Assembly (NCBI GenBank): GCA_026387265.1
Contig: JAPLLZ010000029.1
Location: forward strand, 1,064-65,063
Source of the DNA: Candidatus Omnitrophota bacterium
GTDB lineage: Bacteria; Omnitrophota; Gorgyraeia; Gygaellales; Profunditerraquicolaceae
Direction: 5' to 3'
DNA: 64,000 nucleotides
Shown in pieces: positions 18,104-28,296 of the stretch. The first letter of the stretch is position 1. Every line of letters begins with the position of its first letter. The position numbers and the translations under genes were made by a program. The notes under the pieces were generated by a model. It made no database searches. It was not told the DNA's origin and saw nothing but the letters and a program-made list of their open reading frames with translations.

Positions 18104-18615
18104 TGCTTTGTGATATTTGCGGTAAAAATCCGGCGACCGTGCATTTGACTGAGATTATTGATGAACAGATGAACGAGTTGCATTTATGTGAAGATTGCGC
18201 CAGGCATAAGAGTGCGGCTATGGAACAGCAATTTGGTTTGAGTGATTTGCTGGCGGGCATGGCGGATTTTGAAAAACCTTCTGATAAAGAAGAAGAGTCG
18301 GTGACCATTAAATGCCCTGCTTGCGGTTTGGCTTATGCGGATTTTAAGAAGATCGGACGGTTAGGTTGCGGAGAATGTTTTAATGCTTTTCGTAAATACC
18401 TGGCTCCTTTATTGAAACGTATACATGGTTCAAATCAGCATGTTGGAAAAAATCCAACTAAGGCAAAAACTCAGGTTAAGTCTTCTAAAAAGAAATCCGG
18501 TTTGCAAGAACTAAAAGATCAATTGCAAAGAGCTATTCAGCAGGAGGCGTTTGAAGAAGCAGCGCGCCTGCGCGATCAAATCAAAAAAATATCGTTAGAG
18601 CAGGGTAGCCTTTAG
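18103..18615 (+). CDS. mcsA: McsA (zinc-finger / UVR-motif activator of McsB)
   Basis: MLCDICGKNPATVHLTEI, CEDC, CPACG, CGEC zinc-finger pairs and C-terminal UVR-like EEAARLRDQIKKI. Confidence 0.8.
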   Translation: MLCDICGKNPATVHLTEIIDEQMNELHLCEDCARHKSAAMEQQFGLSDLLAGMADFEKPSDKEEESVTIKCPACGLAYADFKKIGRLGCGECFNAFRKYLAPLLKRIHGSNQHVGKNPTKAKTQVKSSKKKSGLQELKDQLQRAIQQEAFEEAARLRDQIKKISLEQGSL

Positions 18616-18646
18616 ATATTTTGCCGCGGAATTAAAAAGGAATAAT

Positions 18647-19699
18647 ATGCAGATTAATGATTTAATTAATCATACTAGTGAATGGCTTAAAGGGACGGGG
18701 CCGCATTCGGATGTAGTTATTTCCAGCAGGATCCGCCTGGCTAGGAATTTAAATAAATTTCCTTTTCCACACTGGGCATCTAAGGCACAGCTAAATGAGG
18801 TTTTGGAAAAAACCAGTCAGGCGATGGGAAAAGTAGAATTGTTGAGTAAGGCTGCGCTTTTTATTCTGGCAAATTTAGATAGTATTGATAAGCAATTTTT
18901 AGTGGAAAGACATCTGATGTCGATTGAACATACTCAAAAAACAGAGCAGAAAGCGGTTCTGGTGAATGATGAAGAAAATATCTCAGTAATGATTAACGAA
19001 GAAGATCATTTGCGCATTCAGCTTATGCAGTCGGGCTTTAATCTTTTTGAAGCATGGGAGATTATTAATGGTATTGATGATGAGCTAGCTAAGCTGTTGG
19101 ATTATGCGTTTCTGGAGGATTTTGGTTATCTTACCGCTTGTCCGACGAATACCGGTACAGGTATGCGTGGTTCAGTAATGCTGCATTTACCCGCATTGGT
19201 AATGAGCCGGCAAATTGAGCGGGTGCTGGCGGCGATTGCTAAATTGAGCTTTACTACGCGCGGGCTTTACGGAGAAGGTACACAGGCCAGCGGTAATTTT
19301 TTTCAGATTTCCAACCAGGTTTCTTTAGGACATAGCGAAATGGAAATTATTGAAAATATTAATGGCCTCATCCGGCAGATTATTGAACAGGAAACGCAAG
19401 CCCGGGATATTATGTTGACTAAGAGCAGGGCGATTTTAGAAGACAGAATTAACCGTTCGTTAGGAATTTTAAAAAGTGCCCGGATAATTACCAGCCAGGA
19501 GACGATTGAATTGTTGTCTATGGTAAGATTGGGTAGTGATTTGGGAATGATTAAAGATATTGACCGGCGTACGATTAATGAACTTTTCATTATTACTCAG
19601 CCGGCGCATTTACAGAAGCTGGAGAATGTTAAGCTTTCATCGGACCAGAGGGATTTAAAGAGAGCGGAGTTGATTCGGAAAAAATTGAATTTATTATAA
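18647..19699 (+). CDS. mcsB: Protein arginine kinase McsB
   Basis: Phosphagen-kinase catalytic domain with CPTNTGTGMR; 350 aa; sits between mcsA and clpC. Confidence 0.9.
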   Translation: MQINDLINHTSEWLKGTGPHSDVVISSRIRLARNLNKFPFPHWASKAQLNEVLEKTSQAMGKVELLSKAALFILANLDSIDKQFLVERHLMSIEHTQKTEQKAVLVNDEENISVMINEEDHLRIQLMQSGFNLFEAWEIINGIDDELAKLLDYAFLEDFGYLTACPTNTGTGMRGSVMLHLPALVMSRQIERVLAAIAKLSFTTRGLYGEGTQASGNFFQISNQVSLGHSEMEIIENINGLIRQIIEQETQARDIMLTKSRAILEDRINRSLGILKSARIITSQETIELLSMVRLGSDLGMIKDIDRRTINELFIITQPAHLQKLENVKLSSDQRDLKRAELIRKKLNLL

Positions 19700-19807
19700 G
19701 GTCCTTTCTTATTTTGTGTTTGAATTATGTAGAGACGCAAAATTTTGTGTCTCTACAATACACAAAGGAAGGTTTACCCCTTTGGGGTAATGATTAGGAG
19801 AATAACC

Positions 19808-22231
19808 ATGTTTAATCGTTTTACGGAGAGAGCAAGAAAAGTAATTATTTTAGCTAAGGAAGAAGCCAGGCGTTTCAATCATGATTATATTGGCACCGAG
19901 CATATACTTTTAGGCCTGATTCGGGAAGGTGAAGGAGTAGCCGCTGCAGTTTTGCAGAAGCTGGATGTTTCACTGGAGAATATCAGGCTGGAGATCGAAA
20001 AGCTGGTTCAGCCCGGACCGGCCACTCAAATTATCGGGGATATTCCTTTTACTCCCCGGGCCAAAAAAGCATTAGAGCTGGCTGCTGAGGAAGCGCGTTC
20101 TTTGGGGCATAATTATATCGGAACAGAGCATCTTTTGCTTGGGCTGATCCGCGAAGGCGAAGGCATTGCTTCCCAAGTATTATTAAATTTAGGTATGGAT
20201 TTGAATTCTGTACGCAATGAGGTAATGAGCCTTTTAGGTTCAGCTTTACCGGGGATGAATCAGCAAGGGGGGCCGCAGGCAACAAAATCCAAGACTCCAG
20301 CCCTGGATGCTTTTGGTCGGGACTTAACCGCGTTGGCGCGTGAAAATAAATTGGATCCGGTAATTGACCGTACGCAGGAGATTGAGCGGGTAGTGCAAAT
20401 CTTAAGCCGGCGTACGAAAAATAACCCGGTGCTTTTAGGAGAGGCTGGAGTAGGTAAGACCGCGATTGTGGAAGGCTTAGCTCAGTTAATTATTGCCGGA
20501 AACATTCCTGAGGTTTTAAGGGGTAAGCGGATTGTGGTTTTAGATTTGGCATTAATGGTTGCCGGGACCAAATACCGTGGACAGTTTGAAGAAAGAATCA
20601 AGGCGATTATGGAAGAAATTAAGCGTTCCCAGGATGTAATTATTTTTATTGATGAGCTGCATACTTTAGTGGGAGCAGGCGCGGCAGAAGGTGCGATTGA
20701 TGCCTCGAATATTATGAAACCGTCTCTTTCCCGTGGTGAGATGCAGTGTATTGGGGCGACCACGATTAATGAATACCGTAAATATATCGAGAAAGATGCA
20801 GCTTTAGAGCGTCGTTTCCAGACGATTATGGTGGAACCGCCTACAGTTGAGCAGACGGTTAAAATTTTAAAAGGCCTGCGGGATAAATATGAAGCACATC
20901 ACCGGGTTACTTTTAAAGATGAGGCGCTGGAGGCAGCAGCTGTATTAAGTGACCGCTATATTACCGGAAGGTTTATGCCGGATAAAGCGATTGATTTAAT
21001 TGATGAAGCTGGTTCTCGTGCGCGTTTAAATGTTCTGATTGTTCCGGAAAATATTAAAAGCATTGAGGCAAATGTTGAATCGTTAAGAAAAGAAAAAGAG
21101 GCTTATATTAAGAGCCAGGATTTTGAAAAAGCCGCTTCGCTGCGGGATCAGGAGCGTACTGCCCGTCAGGAGCTGGAGCGATTAAATAAAGAATGGAGTC
21201 AGGCTAAAGATAAGATGCGTCCGGAGGTAACCGGTGAGGATATTGCCAAGATTCTGGCGCAGTGGACAGGTATTCCTATTTTTAGATTAGAGGAAAAGGA
21301 AAGCGAGAAACTGCTTAAGATTGAAGAGGAGTTGCATAAACGCGTAGTCGGGCAAAATGAAGCAATTGAAGCAATTGCCCATGCGGTAAGACGTTCACGT
21401 GCCGGGATTAAAGATCCTAAGCGGCCGATTGGTTCATTTGTATTTTTAGGCCCTACCGGTGTAGGAAAAACTTTATTGGCCCGGGCATTGGCGGAGTTTA
21501 TGTTTGGCGATGAAGATGCATTACTTCAGATCGATATGTCTGAATATATGGAAAAATTTAATGTTTCTCGCTTAATTGGTGCTCCTCCGGGATATGTGGG
21601 GTATGAGGAGGGTGGCCAGCTTACTGAACGCGTCCGGCGCCGGCCGTATGCGGTAATCCTTTTGGATGAAATTGAAAAAGCCCATCCGGATGTTTTTAGT
21701 TTATTGTTGCAGGTTTTTGAAGAAGGCCGGCTTACCGATAGTTTCGGCCGTAAGGTAAACTTTAAGAATACGATTATTATTATGACCTCAAACGTCGGAG
21801 CAGAATTGATTCGTAAAACCGGATCATTAGGTTTTAAAGCACAAAAAGACGATGGCAATTATCAAGATATGAAAGAAAAACTGCTGGAGGCTGTTAAGCA
21901 TGCTTTTAAACCGGAGTTCCTGAATCGTATTGATGATATTATTGTTTTTAAACAATTAGCCAGAGAGGATTTAACTAAAATTATTGATATCGAAATCGGC
22001 TATGTAATTGAACGTTTAAAAGAACAGAAGATTATTTTAGAAGTAAGCCAGGAAGCTAAGGATCTATTGATTGAAAAAGGGTTTGATCCGGTATTTGGCG
22101 CCCGTCCTTTAAAAAGAACTATTCAAAGATATTTGGAAGATTCTTTAGCCAATGAGATTATTTCTAAGAAATATAAGGAGGGCTCTTCTATTAAAGTAAC
22201 GCGTAAAAACGAAGAGCTTATTTTCGAATAA
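19808..22231 (+). CDS. clpC: ATP-dependent Clp protease ATPase subunit ClpC
   Basis: Duplicated Clp-N repeats ([13 protein letters not shown] / [13 protein letters not shown]), two AAA+ modules ([16 protein letters not shown]), UVR-like middle segment; ATG 19808 after AGGAG. Confidence 0.95.
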   Translation: MFNRFTERARKVIILAKEEARRFNHDYIGTEHILLGLIREGEGVAAAVLQKLDVSLENIRLEIEKLVQPGPATQIIGDIPFTPRAKKALELAAEEARSLGHNYIGTEHLLLGLIREGEGIASQVLLNLGMDLNSVRNEVMSLLGSALPGMNQQGGPQATKSKTPALDAFGRDLTALARENKLDPVIDRTQEIERVVQILSRRTKNNPVLLGEAGVGKTAIVEGLAQLIIAGNIPEVLRGKRIVVLDLALMVAGTKYRGQFEERIKAIMEEIKRSQDVIIFIDELHTLVGAGAAEGAIDASNIMKPSLSRGEMQCIGATTINEYRKYIEKDAALERRFQTIMVEPPTVEQTVKILKGLRDKYEAHHRVTFKDEALEAAAVLSDRYITGRFMPDKAIDLIDEAGSRARLNVLIVPENIKSIEANVESLRKEKEAYIKSQDFEKAASLRDQERTARQELERLNKEWSQAKDKMRPEVTGEDIAKILAQWTGIPIFRLEEKESEKLLKIEEELHKRVVGQNEAIEAIAHAVRRSRAGIKDPKRPIGSFVFLGPTGVGKTLLARALAEFMFGDEDALLQIDMSEYMEKFNVSRLIGAPPGYVGYEEGGQLTERVRRRPYAVILLDEIEKAHPDVFSLLLQVFEEGRLTDSFGRKVNFKNTIIIMTSNVGAELIRKTGSLGFKAQKDDGNYQDMKEKLLEAVKHAFKPEFLNRIDDIIVFKQLAREDLTKIIDIEIGYVIERLKEQKIILEVSQEAKDLLIEKGFDPVFGARPLKRTIQRYLEDSLANEIISKKYKEGSSIKVTRKNEELIFE

Positions 22232-23016
22232 TGCTTATGCTATTTTTTTTGTTTTTTTGCCGTAAGATACTTTCTTTTATGTATTTTTTAGGCGGTTTGG
22301 CCAGTTTAACTGGACAGACTGTTTACCAGACATTTAAGCCTCCCTATAAATACGATCATATTGTTGAGCAGTCGAAAAAAGCCGGTTATGACAGCTTGCC
22401 GATTGTTTCAGTGGTAGCTTTGTTTATCGGTTTTATCTTTGCTTTACAATTCGGTTATTTTATGCAGCGTATCGGTTCAGAGATGTATATCGCCAGTTTA
22501 GTGGCTTTAGCGATCGTGCGCGAATTAGGGCCGGTGATTACTGCTTTAATTGTTGCCGGAAGGGTAGGGGCAGCTAATACTGCTGAGATAGGTTCAATGC
22601 AGGTTACCGAGCAGATTGATGCTTTGGAAACTTTAGCGACTAATCCGGTCAAGTATTTAGTTGTGCCGCGTTTTGTCGCCCTGGGCGTTATGCTTCCTTT
22701 ACTTACATTGTATGCTGACATTGTCGGTATAATGGGAAGTTATCTTATTTGCGTAGTAAAACTGGGAATTACCAGCAGCATGTATATGCACATGACTTTT
22801 TCCGCTTTGCTTTATAAAGATTTATGTACCGGGTTATTTAAGGCTTGGATTTTTGGTATGGTCATTGCTTTGGTAAGTTGCTATGAGGGTTTTAATGTCG
22901 AAGGCGGGGCAGTAGGGGTGGGCAAGGCTACTACGCGTTCAGTGGTGATTAGTTTTTTAATGATTCTGGCTGCGGACTGTTTGATTACCGCGCTATTCTA
23001 TTTTATTTTTCCTTAA
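22231..23016 (+). CDS. mlaE: MlaE-type ABC permease
   Basis: About 260 aa, MlaE family pattern (ELGPVITALIVAGRVGAANTAEIGSMQVTEQIDAL). Confidence 0.85.
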   Translation: MLMLFFLFFCRKILSFMYFLGGLASLTGQTVYQTFKPPYKYDHIVEQSKKAGYDSLPIVSVVALFIGFIFALQFGYFMQRIGSEMYIASLVALAIVRELGPVITALIVAGRVGAANTAEIGSMQVTEQIDALETLATNPVKYLVVPRFVALGVMLPLLTLYADIVGIMGSYLICVVKLGITSSMYMHMTFSALLYKDLCTGLFKAWIFGMVIALVSCYEGFNVEGGAVGVGKATTRSVVISFLMILAADCLITALFYFIFP

Positions 23017-23022
23017 AAAACA

Positions 23023-23772
23023 ATGATTGAGATACAGTCTTTGAGTAAAACATTTAATAACAACTTAGTTCTGAATGAACTGAGCCTGAATGTGCAGACT
23101 GGAGAAACCTGCGTAATTATCGGCCGCAGCGGTTGCGGAAAATCAGTTTTACTTAAACATATTGTCGGGTTATTAAAGCCCGATAGCGGGCGGGTTTTGG
23201 TCGAGTCTAGAGAAGTAGCTACTTTGAAAGAACTAGAGCTGGTGGCATTGCGTGCAAAAATCAGTATGGTTTTTCAGGGAGGAGCGCTTTTTGATTCGAT
23301 GAATGTGAGTGAAAACGTAGGTTTTAGCCTGCTGGAGCATACCTCTTTGAGCCAAAAAGAAATTATGGAAAGGGCGGAAGAGTCTTTGTTTTTAGTCGGC
23401 CTGGGCGGTATTGGAAATCTTATGCCTTCAGAGTTAAGCGGCGGGATGAAGAAACGCGTAGCTTTAGCGCGGGCAATTTGTATAAAGCCTGAAATTATTC
23501 TTTATGATGAACCAACTACGGGAGTAGACCCGATTACTGCTGATTGTATTAATGAATTAATTCGTTCATTGCATGATAAATTAAAAGTTACCTCTTTAGT
23601 GGTTACTCATGATATGAAAAGTGCTTATCATATCGCCGATAAAATTGCCATGATGTATAAAGGAAGAATAATTATGGAGGGTACTGCGGAGCAGATTCAA
23701 AATGCGCAGGATCCGGTAGTGCACCAGTTTATTAACGGGCTTTCCAAGGGGCCGATAACTGAAGTAGAGTAA
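23023..23772 (+). CDS. mlaF: MlaF-type ABC ATPase
   Basis: Walker A GRSGCGKS, signature LSGGMKKRVALARA, Walker B ILYDEPTTGVDP. Confidence 0.85.
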   Translation: MIEIQSLSKTFNNNLVLNELSLNVQTGETCVIIGRSGCGKSVLLKHIVGLLKPDSGRVLVESREVATLKELELVALRAKISMVFQGGALFDSMNVSENVGFSLLEHTSLSQKEIMERAEESLFLVGLGGIGNLMPSELSGGMKKRVALARAICIKPEIILYDEPTTGVDPITADCINELIRSLHDKLKVTSLVVTHDMKSAYHIADKIAMMYKGRIIMEGTAEQIQNAQDPVVHQFINGLSKGPITEVE

Positions 23773-23900
23773 TATTTTAAAAAAATCACGCCGTGTTTGG
23801 CTTGAAGTGCCCAGTGCAGATTGCACCTGGCGCCGATAAGTATTGCGCCAGTGCGCGCTAGGAGAGCGTGGGGTGTGTTTTTGTAGACAAGGAGGCTTAA

Positions 23901-24515
23901 ATGATTTTCGGTAAAACTAAACTAGAGATGAAGGTTGGCATTTTTGTTTTTATCGGATTAGTTGTTCTAGTTGTTTTTATATTATCCATTGGCGGTTTTA
24001 AAACCTGGAGTTCAGGTTATCGGATCAACCTTATTTTTAATTTCGTTAACGGAGTAAAAATCGGAGCGCCTGTGCGTTTTGCCGGGGTAGACGTGGGAGA
24101 AGTAAAGAAGATTGATCTGCAGTTTAAATCTGCTGAAAGTCATACAAATGTCTGCTTGGATGTTTGGATTAGAGATATAGTACATGTGCCGGCGGATTCA
24201 ACGGTATGGGTGAATACCTTGGGTTTATTGGGTGAAAAATATGTAGAGATAATGCCGGGTAAAGATTATTCTCATCCGCTTAAAGAGAATGATTCTTTGG
24301 TTGGAGTAGATCCGGTGCCTACGCATGAGTTGTTCAGTAAAGCCGAAAGCATAATGGGTAATGTAGACAATGGGATTGCTAAGATTGTGAATAAAGAAGG
24401 TACATTGGGTAGGCTACTTTATGATGACAAAATTTATAATGAATTGGAAGCTTTAGTTACCGATGTGCGTAAGAATCCCTGGAAGTTGTTGATTAAAACT
24501 AAAGAAAAAAAGTAA
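23901..24515 (+). CDS. mlaD: MlaD (MCE domain) substrate-binding protein
   Basis: N-terminal TM (KVGIFVFIGLVVLVVFILSIG) followed by MCE domain (GAPVRFAGVDVGEV). Confidence 0.8.
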   Translation: MIFGKTKLEMKVGIFVFIGLVVLVVFILSIGGFKTWSSGYRINLIFNFVNGVKIGAPVRFAGVDVGEVKKIDLQFKSAESHTNVCLDVWIRDIVHVPADSTVWVNTLGLLGEKYVEIMPGKDYSHPLKENDSLVGVDPVPTHELFSKAESIMGNVDNGIAKIVNKEGTLGRLLYDDKIYNELEALVTDVRKNPWKLLIKTKEKK

Positions 24516-24522
24516 TTCACCC

Positions 24523-24572
24523 CCCACACCAATTGAAGCATAATTCAAAACTATGTATATAATTGGTGTGGG
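24523..24572. repeat. 12-bp-stem hairpin between mlaD and radA
   Basis: CCCACACCAATT (24523-24534) / AATTGGTGTGGG (24561-24572), 26-nt loop; stem resembles the ACACCAAAATT stem of the element at 40559. Confidence 0.5.
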
Positions 24573-24586
24573 AGTAAAGGTGTATA

Positions 24587-25972
24587 ATGAAAACCAAAAC
24601 AGTTTTTAGTTGTTCAAGTTGTGGTTACCAATCACCTAAATGGGTAGGCCGGTGCCCGGATTGTAACAGCTGGAATTCTTTTATTGAAGAAAATTATACT
24701 CCGATTGCTCCCGGTAGCAAAGAAAGAGTCAGTTTATATAAAGACGGCCCGGTGCTTTTAAAAGATGTAGTCGCCAAAGATGAGGATCGGTTAAAAACTA
24801 ATATTGTTGAGCTGGATCGGGTTTTAGGCGGCGGGATTGTTAAGGGATCGGTAATTCTTATCGGTGGCGATCCGGGTGTAGGTAAGTCTACGATTTCTCT
24901 GCAAGTTTCAAATCATTTGACTAAGCAGGGAATCAGGGTGCTTTATGTCAGCGGAGAAGAATCCGTGGCTCAGACTAAGTTGCGCGCCAAGCGTTTAGGC
25001 GAGTCAGGAAGCGATGATCTGTATATCGTTAACCAGACAGATTTATCTTTAATTGTTGAATATATAAAAAAATTAAAGCCACAGGTAGTGATCATTGATT
25101 CTATTCAGGTAGTTTTTGATCCGGGAATTAGTTCTTCTGCCGGGAGCGTCAGCCAGGTCAGGGAGTGTGCCGGAGTACTTACCCAATTAGCTAAAACTAC
25201 GGAAACTTCGATTTTTATTATCGGACATGTGACTAAGGAAGGTACTTTAGCCGGCCCACGAGTTTTAGAGCATATTGTAGATACCGTATTATATTTTGAA
25301 GGCGACCGTTTTGCCATCTATAGAATATTAAGAGCGGTGAAGAATAGGTTTGGCTCGACCAATGAAATCGGTGTATTTGAGATGGTATCTACGGGATTGG
25401 CGGAAGTAAAAAATCCTTCTGAAATTTTTCTGTCTGAACGGCCCAGCAATGTTTCCGGCACCATTGTTACTTCGGTTCTGGAAGGAACGCGGCCTCTTTT
25501 GGTCGAGATTCAGTCTTTAGTTTCCAGAAGTAGTTTTGGTTATGCCCGGCGCAGAGGTCAGGGGTTTGATTTTAACCGGCTTTCTTTACTGGTGGCAGTT
25601 TTAGAAAAACGCATGGGTTTGGCTCTTGAGGCCGAAGACATATTTATTAATGTTGTCGGTGGGATGAAAGTAGAAGACCCAGCAGCGGATTTAGCGGTAT
25701 GTGCGGTAATTGCCTCGAGTTTCAGGGAGCAAGAGGTGTTGCCTAAATCGCTAGTTTTAGGAGAGGTTGGTTTAAGCGGTGAAATCAGGAGCATTACGCA
25801 GGTGCTTACGCGGATAAACGAGGCAGAAAAGCTGGGTTTTAAGCACTGCATTTTACCAAAAAACAGTATTAAGAATCTTAAGCTTAAAAAATCAGATATG
25901 GAAATTATCCCTGTTTCTACTTTAAAAGAAGCTTTGGATATTATACTTTGCCGCCAAAAACAGCAGGCTTAG
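24587..25972 (+). CDS. radA: DNA repair protein RadA/Sms
   Basis: N-terminal zinc finger CSSCGYQSPKWVGRCPDCNSWNS, RecA-like Walker A GGDPGVGKST, KNRFG motif, Lon-like C-domain. Confidence 0.95.
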   Translation: MKTKTVFSCSSCGYQSPKWVGRCPDCNSWNSFIEENYTPIAPGSKERVSLYKDGPVLLKDVVAKDEDRLKTNIVELDRVLGGGIVKGSVILIGGDPGVGKSTISLQVSNHLTKQGIRVLYVSGEESVAQTKLRAKRLGESGSDDLYIVNQTDLSLIVEYIKKLKPQVVIIDSIQVVFDPGISSSAGSVSQVRECAGVLTQLAKTTETSIFIIGHVTKEGTLAGPRVLEHIVDTVLYFEGDRFAIYRILRAVKNRFGSTNEIGVFEMVSTGLAEVKNPSEIFLSERPSNVSGTIVTSVLEGTRPLLVEIQSLVSRSSFGYARRRGQGFDFNRLSLLVAVLEKRMGLALEAEDIFINVVGGMKVEDPAADLAVCAVIASSFREQEVLPKSLVLGEVGLSGEIRSITQVLTRINEAEKLGFKHCILPKNSIKNLKLKKSDMEIIPVSTLKEALDIILCRQKQQA

Positions 25973-26044
25973 TATGGCCGCAAAGTATTTTACTGTTAAA
26001 GGATTTAAGGAGTTCAATTTTGGGAGTAGCAATTAATAGCAATT

Positions 26045-26071
26045 AATCCGCCACTGAAGCGTTGGCGGATT
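26045..26071. repeat. CCGCC-type hairpin repeat, copy 2
   Basis: AATCCGCCA-CTGAAGCGT-TGGCGGATT; near-identical to the reverse complement of 8112-8140; preceded by tandem AGCAATTAAT x2. Confidence 0.6.
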
Positions 26072-26095
26072 CAATTCCGGCAAAAGAATTGTCGT

Positions 26096-26116
26096 TCCGC
26101 CATAAAACATGGCGGA
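26096..26116. repeat. 21-bp hairpin TCCGCCAT-AAAAC-ATGGCGGA (intergenic copy)
   Basis: Exact reverse complement of 36151-36171. Confidence 0.75.
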
Positions 26117-26117
26117 T

Positions 26118-26136
26118 CCGCCACGGATTGTGGCGG
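26118..26136. repeat. Third CCGCC hairpin of the radA-yacL spacer
   Basis: CCGCCAC-GGATT-GTGGCGG, directly abutting the 21-bp hairpin. Confidence 0.55.
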
Positions 26137-26156
26137 GCATTGAAGGAGGTAAGAAA

Positions 26157-27137
26157 ATGAATTTATTGTTAGCACGGATTTTATTTATTTTGGGAAGTGC
26201 GGTAATCGGTTATCAGGCAACCGGGTTTGGTGGAAATGGTTTAATTGGTATGGCTATTGGTGCTCTGGCCGCATTAATCATGATTTTAATAGAAGTAGGA
26301 TTGCGTAAAGTTTCGGTAAGCGGTTTGTCCAGCGCGGTATTCGGATTAATTTTAGGTTTAATTATGGCCAAATTAGTAGGGGATGCTTTTAGCCTTGCCC
26401 CTGTAGATGCTGGCATGCTTTCAAGAATCAGGGTGGGGTTAACCTTAATCTTTTGTTATCTTGGTATGGTGATGGCTTTACGCGGAAAGGATGAATTTAA
26501 TATTATTATTCCTTATGTGCGCCTGCGCCGGCAAGATCAGTCTCAGGATGTAATTCTTTTAGATACCAGCGTGATCATCGACGGCCGGATTGTGGATATT
26601 TGTAAAACGCGTTTTTTAGGCGGAAAAGTGATTATCCCTAAATTTGTACTTAGGGAATTGCAGCAGATTGCTGATTCTACTGATCCGATTAAGCGTCAGA
26701 GAGGCCGGAGGGGATTAGAGATACTTAATACTATTCAAAATGAGCCGGGTATGGATATTGCCATACATGAACAGGATTTCTCAGAGACCTCGGAAGTGGA
26801 TGCGAAGTTAGTTTTGTTAGCTAAATTGTTGGAAGCAAAAATTCTTACGGTTGATTTTAATCTAAACCGCGTAGCCAGCATTCAAGGAATTAAGGTGCTG
26901 AATATTAATGAATTAGCCAATGCGCTTAAGCCGGTAGTTTTCCCCGGTGAAGAGATGCAGATTAAGTTGATTAAGGAAGGTAAAGAGCATAACCAGGCGG
27001 TAGGTTATTTGGATGATGGCACGATGGTCGTGGTTGAAGATGCCCGGCGTTTAATTGGCCAGGATGTTAAGGTGGCGGTGACCTCAGTTTTACAGACTCA
27101 GGCCGGCAGAATGATCTTTACTAAAATTGAAAAATAA
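26157..27137 (+). CDS. yacL: PIN/TRAM domain membrane protein (YacL-like)
   Basis: ATG 26157 after AAGGAGG (the track start 26109 reads through the hairpin repeats); N-terminal TM helices, PIN domain ([13 protein letters not shown]), C-terminal TRAM-like domain; conserved position upstream of ispD-ispF. Confidence 0.8.
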   Translation: MNLLLARILFILGSAVIGYQATGFGGNGLIGMAIGALAALIMILIEVGLRKVSVSGLSSAVFGLILGLIMAKLVGDAFSLAPVDAGMLSRIRVGLTLIFCYLGMVMALRGKDEFNIIIPYVRLRRQDQSQDVILLDTSVIIDGRIVDICKTRFLGGKVIIPKFVLRELQQIADSTDPIKRQRGRRGLEILNTIQNEPGMDIAIHEQDFSETSEVDAKLVLLAKLLEAKILTVDFNLNRVASIQGIKVLNINELANALKPVVFPGEEMQIKLIKEGKEHNQAVGYLDDGTMVVVEDARRLIGQDVKVAVTSVLQTQAGRMIFTKIEK

Positions 27138-27823
27138 TGCTTAGTGCAATTATTTTGGCAGCTGGGCAGGGCAGGCGATTAAAAACTGTCGTGCCTAAAC
27201 CGTTAATAAAAATAGGGAAATTACCGGTAATCGTTTATTCTTTAGGTACTCTAGATAAGCATCCGGGGATTGATGAGATTATTGTGGTGGTAAATTCCCG
27301 GAATCAGCGGGCAATAAAACAGCTGATAAATAGATACTCATTTAAGAAGATTAAGGGGTTAGTTTTAGGTGGTAGACGCCGGCAGGATTCGGTGTATAAC
27401 GGCCTTAAAATAGTTAACGGTAATAGCCGGTGGGTATTGATTCATGATTCTGCGCGGCCGTTTATTGATAGGGAATCGATAACTAACGTTATTGCGGCGG
27501 CTAGAAAAATCGGTTGTGCTATCGTGGCGGTGAAGCCAAAAGCAACCATAAAATTATCTTGCCGGAATAATACGGTAGCCGAAACTTTAAATAGAGATAA
27601 TCTTTGGGAGGCACAAACCCCCCAGGTTTTTAAAAAAGAATTGATTCTAGAGGCGTATAAAAAGTATTCTACCGGCAATGTTACTGATGATGCCTCATTG
27701 GTTGAAAAATTAGGTAAGCAAGTTTTGCTGGTTCAGGGAAAATATGAAAACATTAAAATTACCACCAAAGAGGATTTGTTGTTTGCCGAATTAATTGCTA
27801 AAAGGTGTAAACATGCAATATAG
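27137..27823 (+). CDS. ispD: 2-C-methyl-D-erythritol 4-phosphate cytidylyltransferase
   Basis: AIILAAGQGRRL nucleotide-binding motif; 228 aa. Confidence 0.9.
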   Translation: MLSAIILAAGQGRRLKTVVPKPLIKIGKLPVIVYSLGTLDKHPGIDEIIVVVNSRNQRAIKQLINRYSFKKIKGLVLGGRRRQDSVYNGLKIVNGNSRWVLIHDSARPFIDRESITNVIAAARKIGCAIVAVKPKATIKLSCRNNTVAETLNRDNLWEAQTPQVFKKELILEAYKKYSTGNVTDDASLVEKLGKQVLLVQGKYENIKITTKEDLLFAELIAKRCKHAI

Positions 27824-28295
27824 GGTTGGGATAGGCTATGATATTCATCGTTTGATTGAAGGAAGAAAGTTATTTCTGGGGGCGGTAGAAATCCCTTATG
27901 TTAAAGGCCTCCTGGGGCATTCTGACGGTGATGCGTTGATTCATGCGCTCTGCGATGCTTTGTTAGGGGCTTTAGCGTTGGGGGATATTGGAGAGCATTT
28001 TCCGGACACGGATCCTAAATATCAGGGTATTGCCAGTAGCCAGTTGCTTAAAGTAGTTAAAGAGTTAGTGGATAAAAGCGGATATAAAATCAATAATCTA
28101 GATATAATTGTTATTGCCCAGGAGCCCAAGCTGACGCCTTTTAAGAAACAAATTAAAGAAAAGATTTGCGCGCTTCTGGATATTGGGCAAGATATTTTAA
28201 ACATTAAAGCAAAAACTAATGAAGGGTTAGGCGCTGTGGGCCATAAGGAAGCGATTTCCTGTTTTGCAACAGCTTCTTTAGTGAAGGGGGAATAA
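27813..28295 (+). CDS. ispF: 2-C-methyl-D-erythritol 2,4-cyclodiphosphate synthase
   Basis: [12 protein letters not shown] and [11 protein letters not shown] metal-site motifs; ATG 27813 overlaps the ispD end. Confidence 0.92.
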   Translation: MQYRVGIGYDIHRLIEGRKLFLGAVEIPYVKGLLGHSDGDALIHALCDALLGALALGDIGEHFPDTDPKYQGIASSQLLKVVKELVDKSGYKINNLDIIVIAQEPKLTPFKKQIKEKICALLDIGQDILNIKAKTNEGLGAVGHKEAISCFATASLVKGE

Positions 28296-28296
28296 T

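Noticed and set aside
19700-19807. CtsR operator or CIRCE element upstream of clpC (and upstream of mcsA at 18050-18103)
   Set aside because: Neither spacer contains a GGTCAAA-type tandem heptad or a TTAGCACTC-N9-GAGTGCTAA inverted repeat.
26021-26136. Possible CRISPR array or other repeat-spacer structure
   Set aside because: The hairpins are different sequences, abut each other without regular spacers, and no cas genes are present. No stretch of the window has evenly spaced identical direct repeats.
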